DNA from: Macrostomum hystrix
Taxonomy: Eukaryota > Animalia > Platyhelminthes
NCBI GenBank assembly: GCA_950097015.1
Contig: CATNEN010000003.1
Span: 14,012,001-14,076,000 of the forward strand
DNA: 64,000 nt
Direction of reading: 5' to 3'
Every line of letters starts with the position of its first letter. Position 1 is the first letter of the stretch. Of the stretch, positions 50,136-62,900 are shown piece by piece. The notes beneath the pieces were generated by a model. It did no database searches, was not told the origin of the DNA, and was given only the letters and a program-made list of their open reading frames with translations. A program made the position numbers and the translations under genes.

Positions 50136-50821
50136 GGCAGAGCTTATTCCCATGGTCCCGTGCCGATAATTTCAATTTTATCCACATGGATCCGTGCCGA
50201 TAATTTTCTGCTTATCCACACGGCAGCTTGTATAAATAGGTCTACAACTCTTTATATATGCCGTGCCGTTAATTTCAATTTTATCCACACGGTTCTGTTC
50301 TTTGAAACGAGGCCCTTTCAGATTTGAACGTTTTGTTGAACCCTCGAGCCAATAGATTGACAAAGTTGCCAGTGTGTTACGACAGTGTTCTACATTTCAA
50401 CCTACACATTAATTAACTGACATTAATGTCATCTTTTTTAATTATTTTAATAGCAACTTACTAAATCTTTTGTCATAGTTACATGTTTTCATTTGTATTG
50501 TATTGACTTGAAGAGTAAAAAGTCTATCAAAGAGAATCGTACAAGTCAACCAGCAGAATTCGAGTCAGCACCAAACTCGTCACACATTAGGCCCTATACA
50601 TCATTGTTATTCTTTTACACTATTCATTGATAGTGTACACTATACACTATACTCTGAAGCAAAAGCCTTATGCTCAGAGAAGAATTAGAATAGGTACATA
50701 GGGACTTGAAAGTAGACCTATTCATACAAGCTGCCGTGTGGATAAGCAGAAAATTATCGGCACGGATCCGTGTGGATAAAATTGAAATTATCGGAATGGG
50801 ACCGTGGGAATAAGCACTTCC
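50136..50821. mobile_element. Mutator-like (MULE) non-autonomous element with ~110-bp TIRs
   Basis: 50136-50245 is the near-perfect reverse complement of 50712-50821. Termini are GG..CC. 9-bp TSD TTAAACAAA at 50127-50135 and 50822-50830. Confidence 0.88.
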
Positions 50822-52475
50822 TTAAACAAATGGTTCTATAGGATTGCCACAAAAATGAACATGTTTTGGACACATCTAAGGATTTCTAGATATAAATAGG
50901 CCTATTAGTTTAGCTTGATTTTAGTATTTAATCCTATATACTTAGGCCTAGGATTATTAGGGCCTATTGTGATTAATAAAGACTCTAATCGTTTTTTTCA
51001 TTCTGGCTGTATTGACATACAAGCTAATAGGCCTAAACAAAAGATAGATTGTTTGCAAGCTTGCTTTAAGTTTAACATAGCAATTATGAGTATGGCTAAT
51101 AGTTCCACAGTTCACAGTTCTTGTTGTCGACTGCATGGCTGCTGCAGTTTCATTCTTTTATATATACTGTACTGTTAAATTGTCTGTTGTTGATGATCAA
51201 TGTAAATTAAACAATGTATGTTATTCAAACAATGAATGTAACTTTATGTAACAGGCTCATAGCAACTTGTCACGTCGGTCGTCGGTCAATTCAATCACAT
51301 GATTCTATAGATTTCAATATATAAACTTTCTTTTTATGCATTTTGAATTCTACGAAATAGATAGTAAATAAAACCAAATACAACGAGGATACAAAAAAAT
51401 TGTTTACGATCTTTTAGAAACTTTAGTGTAAACATTCGCCTTCAGTCCCGCTCGTCTTAATTTGAAATAGTCCTGCAAGTTGAACTGCTCGTTAAACACT
51501 TGAAATATTTATTATAAACAAAAATAGAAACTCAACAAGTTGGAGTGAATGTAATCGTCGTTGAAAACATGTTGATTGACTAATTCAAAACGAACCGTTA
51601 CAGTCAACATAAGTTCTAACTTTTTCTATATTAGAGCCAAAGGTATCAAGTTTTCAATGTGCTCACAATATGGATCACTAAGCAGTAGGTCCAGGCGCAG
51701 TCCAGCTATACTTTTCGCTTACTAATGCAACTAGTATACTTCTAGAAGAAGTACTTTAACAGCTTCATATAAAAATTCTAGACAGATCATTTTCACAACT
51801 CTCTATCCTCATTATGTATATATAATCTGTTCTACGAAAGTTTGCTTAAGATGGAGAACGAGACTACCATCGAAAAGACTTACACAGAGCAGGCGGGCAG
51901 GACTGATTCAGCGAGACAACAGTCAAATCAGGATGAGAATCAGTAGTCGGATAAATAATTACAACACCATGCCGTTACCAATGTAACGATCAGGAACGAA
52001 GGGATGTCAGAAAAGGTCTAAAGGTGTAGAATCGTCCGTAGACAAGATTGCTTTGAAGAGGCACAGCGAGGCTTCCTTTTTACAATAAATAATATTTTCA
52101 CGTGCACGCGTCGTGATCGCATGATCTGCTTGACCTTGACCTGTTTCCGAGCCGTGATTTCGGAAGCGGCCAAATCGTGTGTTTGGCCGCAGTACGGTGA
52201 TTGCAGTGTGGGGTCGTGAGTGGGAGAAAGTTAGAATTATGACCACAAAAACTAATGAGAGGATCGGCGAGACGCATGTTTACGTAACATATTTATTATT
52301 TGGAGAACAGAAAGAATTCGAGCTGCAGGGATGTCAGTGTGCCACAAAAAATAAGAATATATTTATTGCTATTTGCGCAATACAAAAGGGATGGAGGTGG
52401 GTGCGCTTGACAGATTGGAGAGCCAATCAGTCAGCAATAAGGGAGGGGGGCTGAAATTTACCAAGGAAATGCACG

Positions 52476-52483
52476 TATAAATA
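52476..52483 (+). promoter_or_regulatory. Candidate TATA box, with paired CCAAT boxes at about 52413-52427, for the FMO gene
   Basis: TATAAATA preceded by GATTGG and GCCAATC. Would require a 5'UTR intron ending at the TTTTAG acceptor at 53338. Confidence 0.35.
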
Positions 52484-53373
52484 CACTTGCTTGTAAAGAA
52501 ATCTGTCCTGAAAGTCATTACAAAGTTTGATCACCTCCTTAATTAAGTATTGTTTCCTCGCTTTAATGCCATAATGTTTTCTTATAATTGAAACTATAAT
52601 GATCTGAATTTCAATAAACTAAGTCGATGCAAGGCATACAAAGTGTAAATTCTCATCAGGATGCTCGCTATTTGATAATATCATATTTATGCTTGCTAAA
52701 TAATATAGTGCACTTCTAGTTAAGTTTACAGCGAATTTTTTTCAATAATATCGTTTATCATGCAAATGCAAATGCAAATGCGTATTATTTTAGTTTCCGT
52801 GTTTTTACTTTGCATCCGATAAATATTTTTTCGTCAGAGCTAAAGAAGCGCCGATTTAAAATCAGAGGTTTCTGAGAAGCTGCTCGTTTCTTTTTTTCAA
52901 AGCGTTGCCAACTGCTCAAGAGGAGATAAGATAAAACTGACAGTTCAAAATATTTTCGATCATTATACTGTAACTGCGATTTCTTATCAGAGATTATATA
53001 CGAATGCATGGTTGTTTGTTTTAGGGTTTTATCTGCATGGCATGGCCATTAGTGACAACGAGCTGATTGCCCTTTACATATAATCTAAAAGTGTAAATTT
53101 TTCTGAGCTTCTCAACATTACAAATTCTCCAATAGAGACCTAAAGGGGGAAAAAAGAAGCTTGGTTGATACTAAATACTTTCTGTTTGTTGGTACTAATA
53201 GCCACATAATCAAAAAGGTAATGTTTTATTTTTTACTTTTTAATTTTATTTTAAAGTAAGATGTATTTATGGAGACGTTTTTACAGATAAAAAAATTCTA
53301 AAGCTCAACATCAAAACTCATCTCAGCATATATTTTAGATTCTTTCGAGATTTCTCGCCTCCCAGAAGAAGCC

Positions 53374-53958
53374 ATGACGTCATCCAAAGTCTGTCTGATT
53401 GGCGCCGGTCCGTCTGGTATGTCGATGCTGTACCAGCTTGAACGACTACGCAATCAGAGCCGCGAACCAATGGCTGAAGCGCTCGAGGTCACCTGCTATG
53501 AAAAGCAATCCGATTGGAGTGGACTGTGGAACTACACCTGGAGAACGGGTTGGTTTGCTAATTGAGACCTGTTAAATTAGAAAAAATACAAATTGTACTA
53601 TCTGCCTTCAAATTTGGATTGGCTGCATTTTAGTCAAATCACGCGCAAGATAGAAAATAGGTTTCTGTAGAGATCTAAAAATAGCAATTATGACTAAGCT
53701 AAACTTCTTGACCAATCGAACTCGACGCCTAGTTCGGACAGTAAAAGTATTTTTTTTCGTTTAAAACGTAACACCGGAACATTTTTTTCGCAGGCACAGA
53801 CGAATTCGGAGAGAGCGTACACGGCAGTATGTACCGCAATCTTTGGTCCAATGGGCCTAAAGAGGCTTTGGAATATCCGGATTACACGTTTGAGGAACAC
53901 TTCGGCTGCTTAATGCCCTCATTTCCACCTAGAGAGGCGCTCAGAGACTACTTGTGTG
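53374..53958 (+). CDS. Flavin-containing monooxygenase, bacterial trimethylamine monooxygenase-like; exons 53374-53548 and 53794-53958, continues beyond the window
   Basis: FAD-binding IGAGPSG, then [18 protein letters not shown]|[51 protein letters not shown]. Phase-1 intron G|gttggt..cgcag|GC and a second donor G|gtgaga. Confidence 0.93.
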
Positions 53959-53995
53959 GTGAGAAATGTCTGCTTGCGAAACACTGAGATGTAGA

Positions 53996-56900
53996 TAGAA
54001 TCGAATCCGAAACCATTCCTAGAGTCAAACCAGGAACTATTCCTAGAATCGAAGCAGGAACCATTCTTAGAATCGAATCCGAAACCATTCCTAGATTCAA
54101 ACCAGGAACCATTCCTAGAATCTAAGAACGAACCATTCTTAGAATCGAATCAGTAACCATTCCTAGTATCGGATCCGAAATCATTCCTAGAATCGAAGCA
54201 CAAACTGTAGCTATAGGATCAAAGCAAAAGCTTTAGCTAGAATTAAAGTAGAGAATGTAGCTAGAATCGAAGCGGGAACTGTACCTAGAATCGAAGCAGG
54301 AACTGTACCTAGAATCGAAGCAGGAACTGTAGCTAGAATCGAAGCAGGAACTGTACCTAGAATCGAAGCAGGAAATGTAGCTAGAATTGAAGCAGGAACT
54401 GTAGCTAGAATCGAAGCAGGAACTGTTGCTAGAATCGAAGCAGGAACTGCAGCTAGAATCGAAGCAGGAACTGTACCTAGAATCGAAGCAGGAACTGTTG
54501 CTAGAATCGAAGCAGGAACTGTTGCTAGAATCGATGCAGGAACTGTTGCTAGAATCGAAGCAGGAACTGTAGCTGGAATCGAAGCAGGAACTGTTGCTAG
54601 AATCGAAGCAGGAACTGTAGCTAGAATTGAAGCAGGAACTGTAGCTAGAATCGAAGCAGGAACTGTTGCTAGAATCGAAGCAGGAACTGCAGCTAGAATC
54701 GAAGCAGGAACTGTTGCTAGAATCGAAGCAGGAACTGTAGCTAGAATCGAAGCAGGAACTGTTGCTAGAATCGAAGCAGGAACTGTTGCTAGAATCGAAG
54801 CAGGAACTGCAGCTAGAATCGAAGCAGGAACTGTAGCTAGAATCGAAGCAGGAACTGTTGCTAGAATCGAAGCAGGAACTGCAGCTAGAATCGAAGCAGG
54901 AACTGTACCTAGAATCGAAGCAGGAACTGTAGCTAGAATCGAAGCAGGAACTGTTGCTAGAATCGATGCAGGAACTGTTGCTAGAATCGAAGCAGGAACT
55001 GTAGCTAGAATCGAAGCAGGAACTGTTGCTAGAATCGAAGCAGGAACTGTAGCTAGAATCGAAGCAGGAACTGTTGCTAGAATCGAAGCAGGAACTGCAG
55101 CTAGAATCGAAGCAGGAACTGCAGCTAGAATCGAAGCAGGAACTGTTGCTAGAATCGAAGCAGGAACTGTTGCTAGAATCGAAGCAGGAACTGTTGCTAG
55201 AATCGAAGCAGGAACTGTAGCTAGAATCGAAGCAGGAACTGTTGCTAGAATCGAAGCAGGAACTGTTGCTAGAATCGAAGCAGGAACTGTTGCTAGAATC
55301 GAAGCAGGAACTGTACCTAGAATCGAAGCAGGAAATGTAGCTAGAATCGAAGCAGGAACTGTAGCTAGAATCGAAGCAGGAACTGTTGCTAGAATCGAAG
55401 CAGGAACTGTTGCTAGAATCGAAGCAGGAACTGCAGCTAGAATCGAAGCAGGAACTGTAGCTAGAATCGAAGCAGGAACTGTTGCTAGAATTGAAGCAGG
55501 AACTGTAGCTAGAATCGAAGCAGGAACTGTTGCTAGAATCGAAGCAGGAACTGCAGCTAGAATCGAAGCAGGAACTGTTGCTAGAATCGAAGCAGGAACT
55601 GTAGCTAGAATCGAAGCAGGAACTGTTGCTAGAATCGAAGCAGGAACTGTTGCTAGAATCGAAGCAGGAACTGCAGCTAGAATCGAAGCAGGAACTGTAG
55701 CTAGAATCGAAGCAGGAACTGTTGCTAGAATCGAAGCAGGAACTGCAGCTAGAATCGAAGCAGGAACTGTACCTAGAATCGAAGCAGGAACTGTAGCTAG
55801 AATCGAAGCAGGAACTGTTGCTAGAATCGATGCAGGAACTGTTGCTAGAATCGAAGCAGGAACTGTAGCTAGAATCGAAGCAGGAACTGTTGCTAGAATC
55901 GAAGCAGGAACTGTAGCTAGAATCGAAGCAGGAACTGTTGCTAGAATCGAAGCAGGAACTGCAGCTAGAATCGAAGCAGGAACTGCAGCTAGAATCGAAG
56001 CAGGAACTGTTGCTAGAATCGAAGCAGGAACTGTTGCTAGAATCGAAGCAGGAACTGTTGCTAGAATCGAAGCAGGAACTGTAGCTAGAATCGAAGCAGG
56101 AACTGTTGCTAGAATCGAAGCAGGAACTGTTGCTAGAATCGAAGCAGGAACTGTTGCTAGAATCGAAGCAGGAACTGTACCTAGAATCGAAGCAGGAAAT
56201 GTAGCTAGAATCGAAGCAGGAACTGTAGCTAGAATCGAAGCAGGAACTGTTGCTAGAATCGAAGCAGGAACTGTTGCTAGAATCGAAGCAGGAACTGCAG
56301 CTAGAATCGAAGCAGGAACTGTAGCTAGAATCGAAGCAGGAACTGTTGCTAGAATCGATGCAGGAACTGTTGCTAGAATCGAAGCAGGAACTGTAGCTAG
56401 AATCGAAGCAGGAACTGTTGCTAGAATCGAAGCAGGAACTGTTGCTAGAATCGAAGCAGGAACTGTAGCTAGAATTGAAGCAGGAACTGTAGCTAGAATC
56501 GAAGCAGGAACTGTTGCTAGAATCGAAGCAGGAACTGCAGCTAGAATCGAAGCAGGAACTGTTGCTAGAATCGATGCAGGAACTGTTGCTAGAATCGAAG
56601 CAGGAACTGTAGCTAGAATCGAAGCAGGAACTGTTGCTAGAATCGAAGCAGGAACTGTTGCTAGAATCGAAGCAGGAACTGTAGCTAGAATCGAAGCAGG
56701 AACTGTTGCTAGAATCGAAGCAGGAACTGTTGCTAGAATCGAAGCAGGAACTGCAGCTAGAATCGAAGCAGGAACTGTAGCTAGAATCGAAGCAGGAACT
56801 GTTGCTAGAATCGAAGCAGGAACTGTTGCTAGAATCGAAGCAGGAACTGTTGCTAGAATCGAAGCAGGAACTGCAGCTAGAATCGAAGCAGGAACTGTTG

Positions 56901-59900
56901 CTAGAATCGAAGCAGGAACTGTTGCTAGAATCTAAGCAGGAACTGCAGCTAGAATCGAAGCAGGAACTGCAGCTAGAATCGAAGCAGGAACTGTTGCTAG
57001 AATCGAAGCAGGAACTGTTGCTAGAATCGAAGCAGGAACTGTAGCTAGAATCGAAGCAGGAACTGTTGCTAGAATCGAAGCAGGAACTGTTGCTAGAATC
57101 GAAGCAGGAACTGTTGCTAGAATCGAAGCAGGAACTGTACCTAGAATCGAAGCAGGAAATGTAGCTAGAATTGAAGCAGGAACTGTAGCTAGAATCGAAG
57201 CAGGAACTGTTGCTAGAATCGAAGCAGGAACTGCAGCTAGAATCGAAGCAGGAACTGTACCTAGAATCGATGCAGGAACTGTTGCTAGAATCGAAGCAGG
57301 AACTGCAGCTAGAATCGAAGCAGGAACTGTTGCTAGAATCGAAGCAGGAACTGTTGCTAGAATCGAAGCAGGAACTGTAGCTAGAATCGAAGCAGGAACT
57401 GTTGCTAGAATCGAAGCAGGAACTGTTGCTAGAATCGAAGCAGGAACTGTTGCTAGAATCGAAGCAGGAACTGTAGCTAGAATCGAAGCAGGAACTGTTG
57501 CTAGAATCGAAGCAGGAACTGTAGCTAGAATTGAAGCAGGAACTGTAGCTAGAATCGAAGCAGGAACTGTTGCTAGAATCGAAGCAGGAACTGCAGCTAG
57601 AATCGAAGCAGGAACTGTTGCTAGAATCGAAGCAGGAACTGTTGCTAGAATCGAAGCAGGAACTGTTGCTAGAATCGAAGCAGGAACTGTTGCTAGAATC
57701 TAAGCAGGAACTGCAGCTAGAATCGAAGCAGGAACTGCAGCTAGAATCGAAGCAGGAACTGTTGCTAGAATCGATGCAGGAACTGTTGCTAGAATCGAAG
57801 CAGGAACTGTAGCTAGAATCGAAGCAGGAACTGTTGCTAGAATCGAAGCAGGAACTGTAGCTAGAATCGAAGCAGGAACTGTTGCTAGAATCGAAGCAGG
57901 AACTGCAGCTAGAATCGAAGCAGGAACTGCAGCTAGAATCGAAGCAGGAACTGTTGCTAGAATCGAAGCAGGAACTGTTGCTAGAATCGAAGCAGGAACT
58001 GTTGCTAGAATCGAAGCAGGAACTGTAGCTAGAATCGAAGCAGGAACTGTTGCTAGAATCGAAGCAGGAACTGTTGCTAGAATCGAAGCAGGAACTGTTG
58101 CTAGAATCGAAGCAGGAACTGTACCTAGAATCGAAGCAGGAAATGTAGCTAGAATCGAAGCAGGAACTGTAGCTAGAATCGAAGCAGGAACTGTTGCTAG
58201 AATCGAAGCAGGAACTGTTGCTAGAATCGAAGCAGGAACTGCAGCTAGAATCGAAGCAGGAACTGTAGCTAGAATCGAAGCAGGAACTGTTGCTAGAATC
58301 GATGCAGGAACTGTTGCTAGAATCGAAGCAGGAACTGTAGCTAGAATCGAAGCAGGAACTGTTGCTAGAATCGAAGCAGGAACTGTTGCTAGAATCGAAG
58401 CAGGAACTGTTGCTAGAATCGAAGCAGGAACTGTTGCTAGAATCGAAGCAGGAACTGTACCTAGAATCGAAGCAGGAAATGTAGCTAGAATCGAAGCAGG
58501 AACTGTAGCTAGAATCGAAGCAGGAACTGTTGCTAGAATCGAAGCAGGAACTGTTGCTAGAATCGAAGCAGGAACTGCAGCTAGAATCGAAGCAGGAACT
58601 GTAGCTAGAATCGAAGCAGGAACTGTTGCTAGAATTGAAGCAGGAACTGTAGCTAGAATCGAAGCAGGAACTGTTGCTAGAATCGAAGCAGGAACTGCAG
58701 CTAGAATCGAAGCAGGAACTGTTGCTAGAATCGAAGCAGGAACTGTTGCTAGAATCGAAGCAGGAACTGTTGCTAGAATCGAAGCAGGAACTGTTGCTAG
58801 AATCGAAGCAGGAACTGCAGCTAGAATCGAAGCAGGAACTGTAGCTAGAATCGAAGCAGGAACTGTTGCTAGAATCGAAGCAGGAACTGCAGCTAGAATC
58901 GAAGCAGGAACTGTACCTAGAATCGAAGCAGGAACTGTAGCTAGAATCGAAGCAGGAACTGTTGCTAGAATCGATGCAGGAACTGTTGCTAGAATCGAAG
59001 CAGGAACTGTTGCTAGAATCGAAGCAGGAACTGCAGCTAGAATCGAAGCAGGAACTGTTGCTAGAATCGAAGCAGGAACTGTAGCTAGAATCGAAGCAGG
59101 AACTGTTGCTAGAATCGAAGCAGGAACTGTAGCTAGAATCGAAGCAGGAACTGTTGCTAGAATCGAAGCAGGAACTGTTGCTAGAATCGAAGCAGGAACT
59201 GTTGCTAGAATCGAAGCAGGAACTGTTGCTAGAATCGAAGCAGGAACTGTTGCTAGAATCGAAGCAGGAACTGCAGCTAGAATCGAAGCAGGAACTGTAG
59301 CTAGAATCGAAGCAGGAACTGTTGCTAGAATCGAAGCAGGAACTGCAGCTAGAATCGAAGCAGGAACTGTACCTAGAATCGAAGCAGGAACTGTAGCTAG
59401 AATCGAAGCAGGAACTGTTGCTAGAATCGATGCAGGAACTGTTGCTAGAATCGAAGCAGGAACTGTAGCTAGAATCGAAGCAGGAACTGTTGCTAGAATC
59501 GAAGCAGGAACTGTAGCTAGAATCGAAGCAGGAACTGTTGCTAGAATCGAAGCAGGAACTGCAGCTAGAATCGAAGCAGGAACTGCAGCTAGAATCGAAG
59601 CAGGAACTGTTGCTAGAATCGAAGCAGGAACTGTTGCTAGAATCGAAGCAGGAACTGTTGCTAGAATCGAAGCAGGAACTGTAGCTAGAATCGAAGCAGG
59701 AACTGTTGCTAGAATCGAAGCAGGAACTGTAGCTAGAATCGAAGCAGGAACTGTTGCTAGAATCGAAGCAGGAACTGTTGCTAGAATCGAAGCAGGAACT
59801 GTTGCTAGAATCGAAGCAGGAACTGTTGCTAGAATCGAAGCAGGAACTGTACCTAGAATCGAAGCAGGAAATGTAGCTAGAATCGAAGCAGGAACTGTAG

Positions 59901-62900
59901 CTAGAATCGAAGCAGGAACTGTTGCTAGAATCGAAGCAGGAACTGTTGCTAGAATCGAAGCAGGAACTGCAGCTAGAATCGAAGCAGGAACTGTAGCTAG
60001 AATCGAAGCAGGAACTGTTGCTAGAATTGAAGCAGGAACTGTAGCTAGAATCGAAGCAGGAACTGTTGCTAGAATCGAAGCAGGAACTGCAGCTAGAATC
60101 GAAGCAGGAACTGTTGCTAGAATCGAAGCAGGAACTGTAGCTAGAATCGAAGCAGGAACTGTTGCTAGAATCGAAGCAGGAACTGTTGCTAGAATCGAAG
60201 CAGGAACTGCAGCTAGAATCGAAGCAGGAACTGTAGCTAGAATCGAAGCAGGAACTGTTGCTAGAATCGAAGCAGGAACTGCAGCTAGAATCGAAGCAGG
60301 AACTGTACCTAGAATCGAAGCAGGAACTGTAGCTAGAATCGAAGCAGGAACTGTTGCTAGAATCGATGCAGGAACTGTTGCTAGAATCGAAGCAGGAACT
60401 GTAGCTAGAATCGAAGCAGGAACTGTTGCTAGAATCGAAGCAGGAACTGTAGCTAGAATCGAAGCAGGAACTGTTGCTAGAATCGAAGCAGGAACTGCAG
60501 CTAGAATCGAAGCAGGAACTGCAGCTAGAATCGAAGCAGGAACTGTTGCTAGAATCGAAGCAGGAACTGTTGCTAGAATCGAAGCAGGAACTGTTGCTAG
60601 AATCGAAGCAGGAACTGTAGCTAGAATCGAAGCAGGAACTGTTGCTAGAATCGAAGCAGGAACTGTTGCTAGAATCGAAGCAGGAACTGTTGCTAGAATC
60701 GAAGCAGGAACTGTACCTAGAATCGAAGCAGGAAATGTAGCTAGAATCGAAGCAGGAACTGTAGCTAGAATCGAAGCAGGAACTGTTGCTAGAATCGAAG
60801 CAGGAACTGTTGCTAGAATCGAAGCAGGAACTGCAGCTAGAATCGAAGCAGGAACTGTAGCTAGAATCGAAGCAGGAACTGTTGCTAGAATCGATGCAGG
60901 AACTGTTGCTAGAATCGAAGCAGGAACTGTAGCTAGAATCGAAGCAGGAACTGTTGCTAGAATCGAAGCAGGAACTGTTGCTAGAATCGAAGCAGGAACT
61001 GTAGCTAGAATTGAAGCAGGAACTGTAGCTAGAATCGAAGCAGGAACTGTTGCTAGAATCGAAGCAGGAACTGTACCTAGAATCGATGCAGGAACTGTTG
61101 CTAGAATCGAAGCAGGAACTGTAGCTAGAATCGAAGCAGGAACTGTTGCTAGAATCGAAGCAGGAACTGTAGCTAGAATTGAAGCAGGAACTGTAGCTAG
61201 AATCGAAGCAGGAACTGTTGCTAGAATCGAAGCAGGAACTGTTGCTAGAATCGAAGCAGGAACTGTTGCTAGAATCGAAGCAGGAACTGTTGCTAGAATC
61301 GAAGCAGGAACTGTTGCTAGAATCGAAGCAGGAACTGTTGCTAGAATCTAAGCAGGAACTGCAGCTAGAATCGAAGCAGGAACTGCAGCTAGAATCGAAG
61401 CAGGAACTGTTGCTAGAATCGAAGCAGGAACTGTTGCTAGAATCGAAGCAGGAACTGTAGCTAGAATCGAAGCAGGAACTGTTGCTAGAATCGAAGCAGG
61501 AACTGTTGCTAGAATCGAAGCAGGAACTGTTGCTAGAATCGAAGCAGGAACTGTACCTAGAATCGAAGCAGGAAATGTAGCTAGAATTGAAGCAGGAACT
61601 GTAGCTAGAATCGAAGCAGGAACTGTTGCTAGAATCGAAGCAGGAACTGCAGCTAGAATCGAAGCAGGAACTGTACCTAGAATCGATGCAGGAACTGTTG
61701 CTAGAATCGAAGCAGGAACTGTAGCTAGAATCGAAGCAGGAACTGTTGCTAGAATCGAAGCAGGAACTGTAGCTAGAATTGAAGCAGGAACTGTAGCTAG
61801 AATCGAAGCAGGAACTGTTGCTAGAATCGAAGCAGGAACTGTTGCTAGAATCGAAGCAGGAACTGTTGCTAGAATCGAAGCAGGAACTGTTGCTAGAATC
61901 GAAGCAGGAACTGTAGCTAGAATTGAAGCAGGAACTGTAGCTAGAATCGAAGCAGGAACTGTTGCTAGAATCGAAGCAGGAACTGCAGCTAGAATCGAAG
62001 CAGGAACTGTTGCTAGAATCGAAGCAGGAACTGTAGCTAGAATCGAAGCAGGAACTGTAGCTAGAATCGAAGCAGGAACTGTTGCTAGAATCGAAGCAGG
62101 AACTGTAGCTAGAATTGAAGCAGGAACTGTAGCTAGAATCGAAGCAGGAACTGTTGCTAGAATCGAAGCAGGAACTGCAGCTAGAATCGAAGCAGGAACT
62201 GTAGCTAGAATCGAAGCAGGAACTGTTGCTAGAATCGAAGCAGGAACTGTTGCTAGAATCGAAGCAGGAACTGTTGCTAGAATCGAAGCAGGAACTGCAG
62301 CTAGAATCGAAGCAGGAACTGTAGCTAGAATCGAAGCAGGAACTGTTGCTAGAATCTAAGCAGGAACTGCAGCTAGAATCGAAGCAGGAACTGCAGCTAG
62401 AATCGAAGCAGGAACTGTTGCTAGAATCGAAGCAGGAACTGTTGCTAGAATCGAAGCAGGAACTGTAGCTAGAATCGAAGCAGGAACTGTTGCTAGAATC
62501 GAAGCAGGAACTGTTGCTAGAATCGAAGCAGGAACTGTTGCTAGAATCGAAGCAGGAACTGTACCTAGAATCGAAGCAGGAAATGTAGCTAGAATTGAAG
62601 CAGGAACTGCAGCTAGAATCCAAGCAGGAACTGTTGCTAGAATCGATGCAGGAACTGTTGCTAGAATCGAAGCAGGAACTGTAGCTAGAATCGAAGCAGG
62701 AACTGCAGCTAGAATCGAAGCAGGAACTGTTGCTAGAATCGAAGCAGGAACTGTTGCTAGAATCGAAGCAGGAACTGCAGCTAGAATCGAAGCAGGAACT
62801 GTAGCTAGAATCGAAGCAGGAACTGTTGCTAGAATCTAAGCAGGAACTGCAGCTAGAATCGAAGCAGGAACTGCAGCTAGAATCGAAGCAGGAACTGTTG

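Noticed and set aside
50178-50780. Five perfect DnaA-box 9-mers (TTATCCACA) suggesting a bacterial oriC or contamination
   Set aside because: They are the subrepeats of MULE TIRs bounded by a 9-bp TSD in intron-containing eukaryotic DNA, and no bacterial genes flank them.
54233-62623. 2796-aa Ser/Cys-rich ORF (SSCFDSSN)n as a structural or adhesive protein
   Set aside because: It is the stop-free frame of a 24-bp satellite, antisense within the FMO intron. It has no signal peptide, no unique domain, no true ATG context and no synonymous-site variation pattern.
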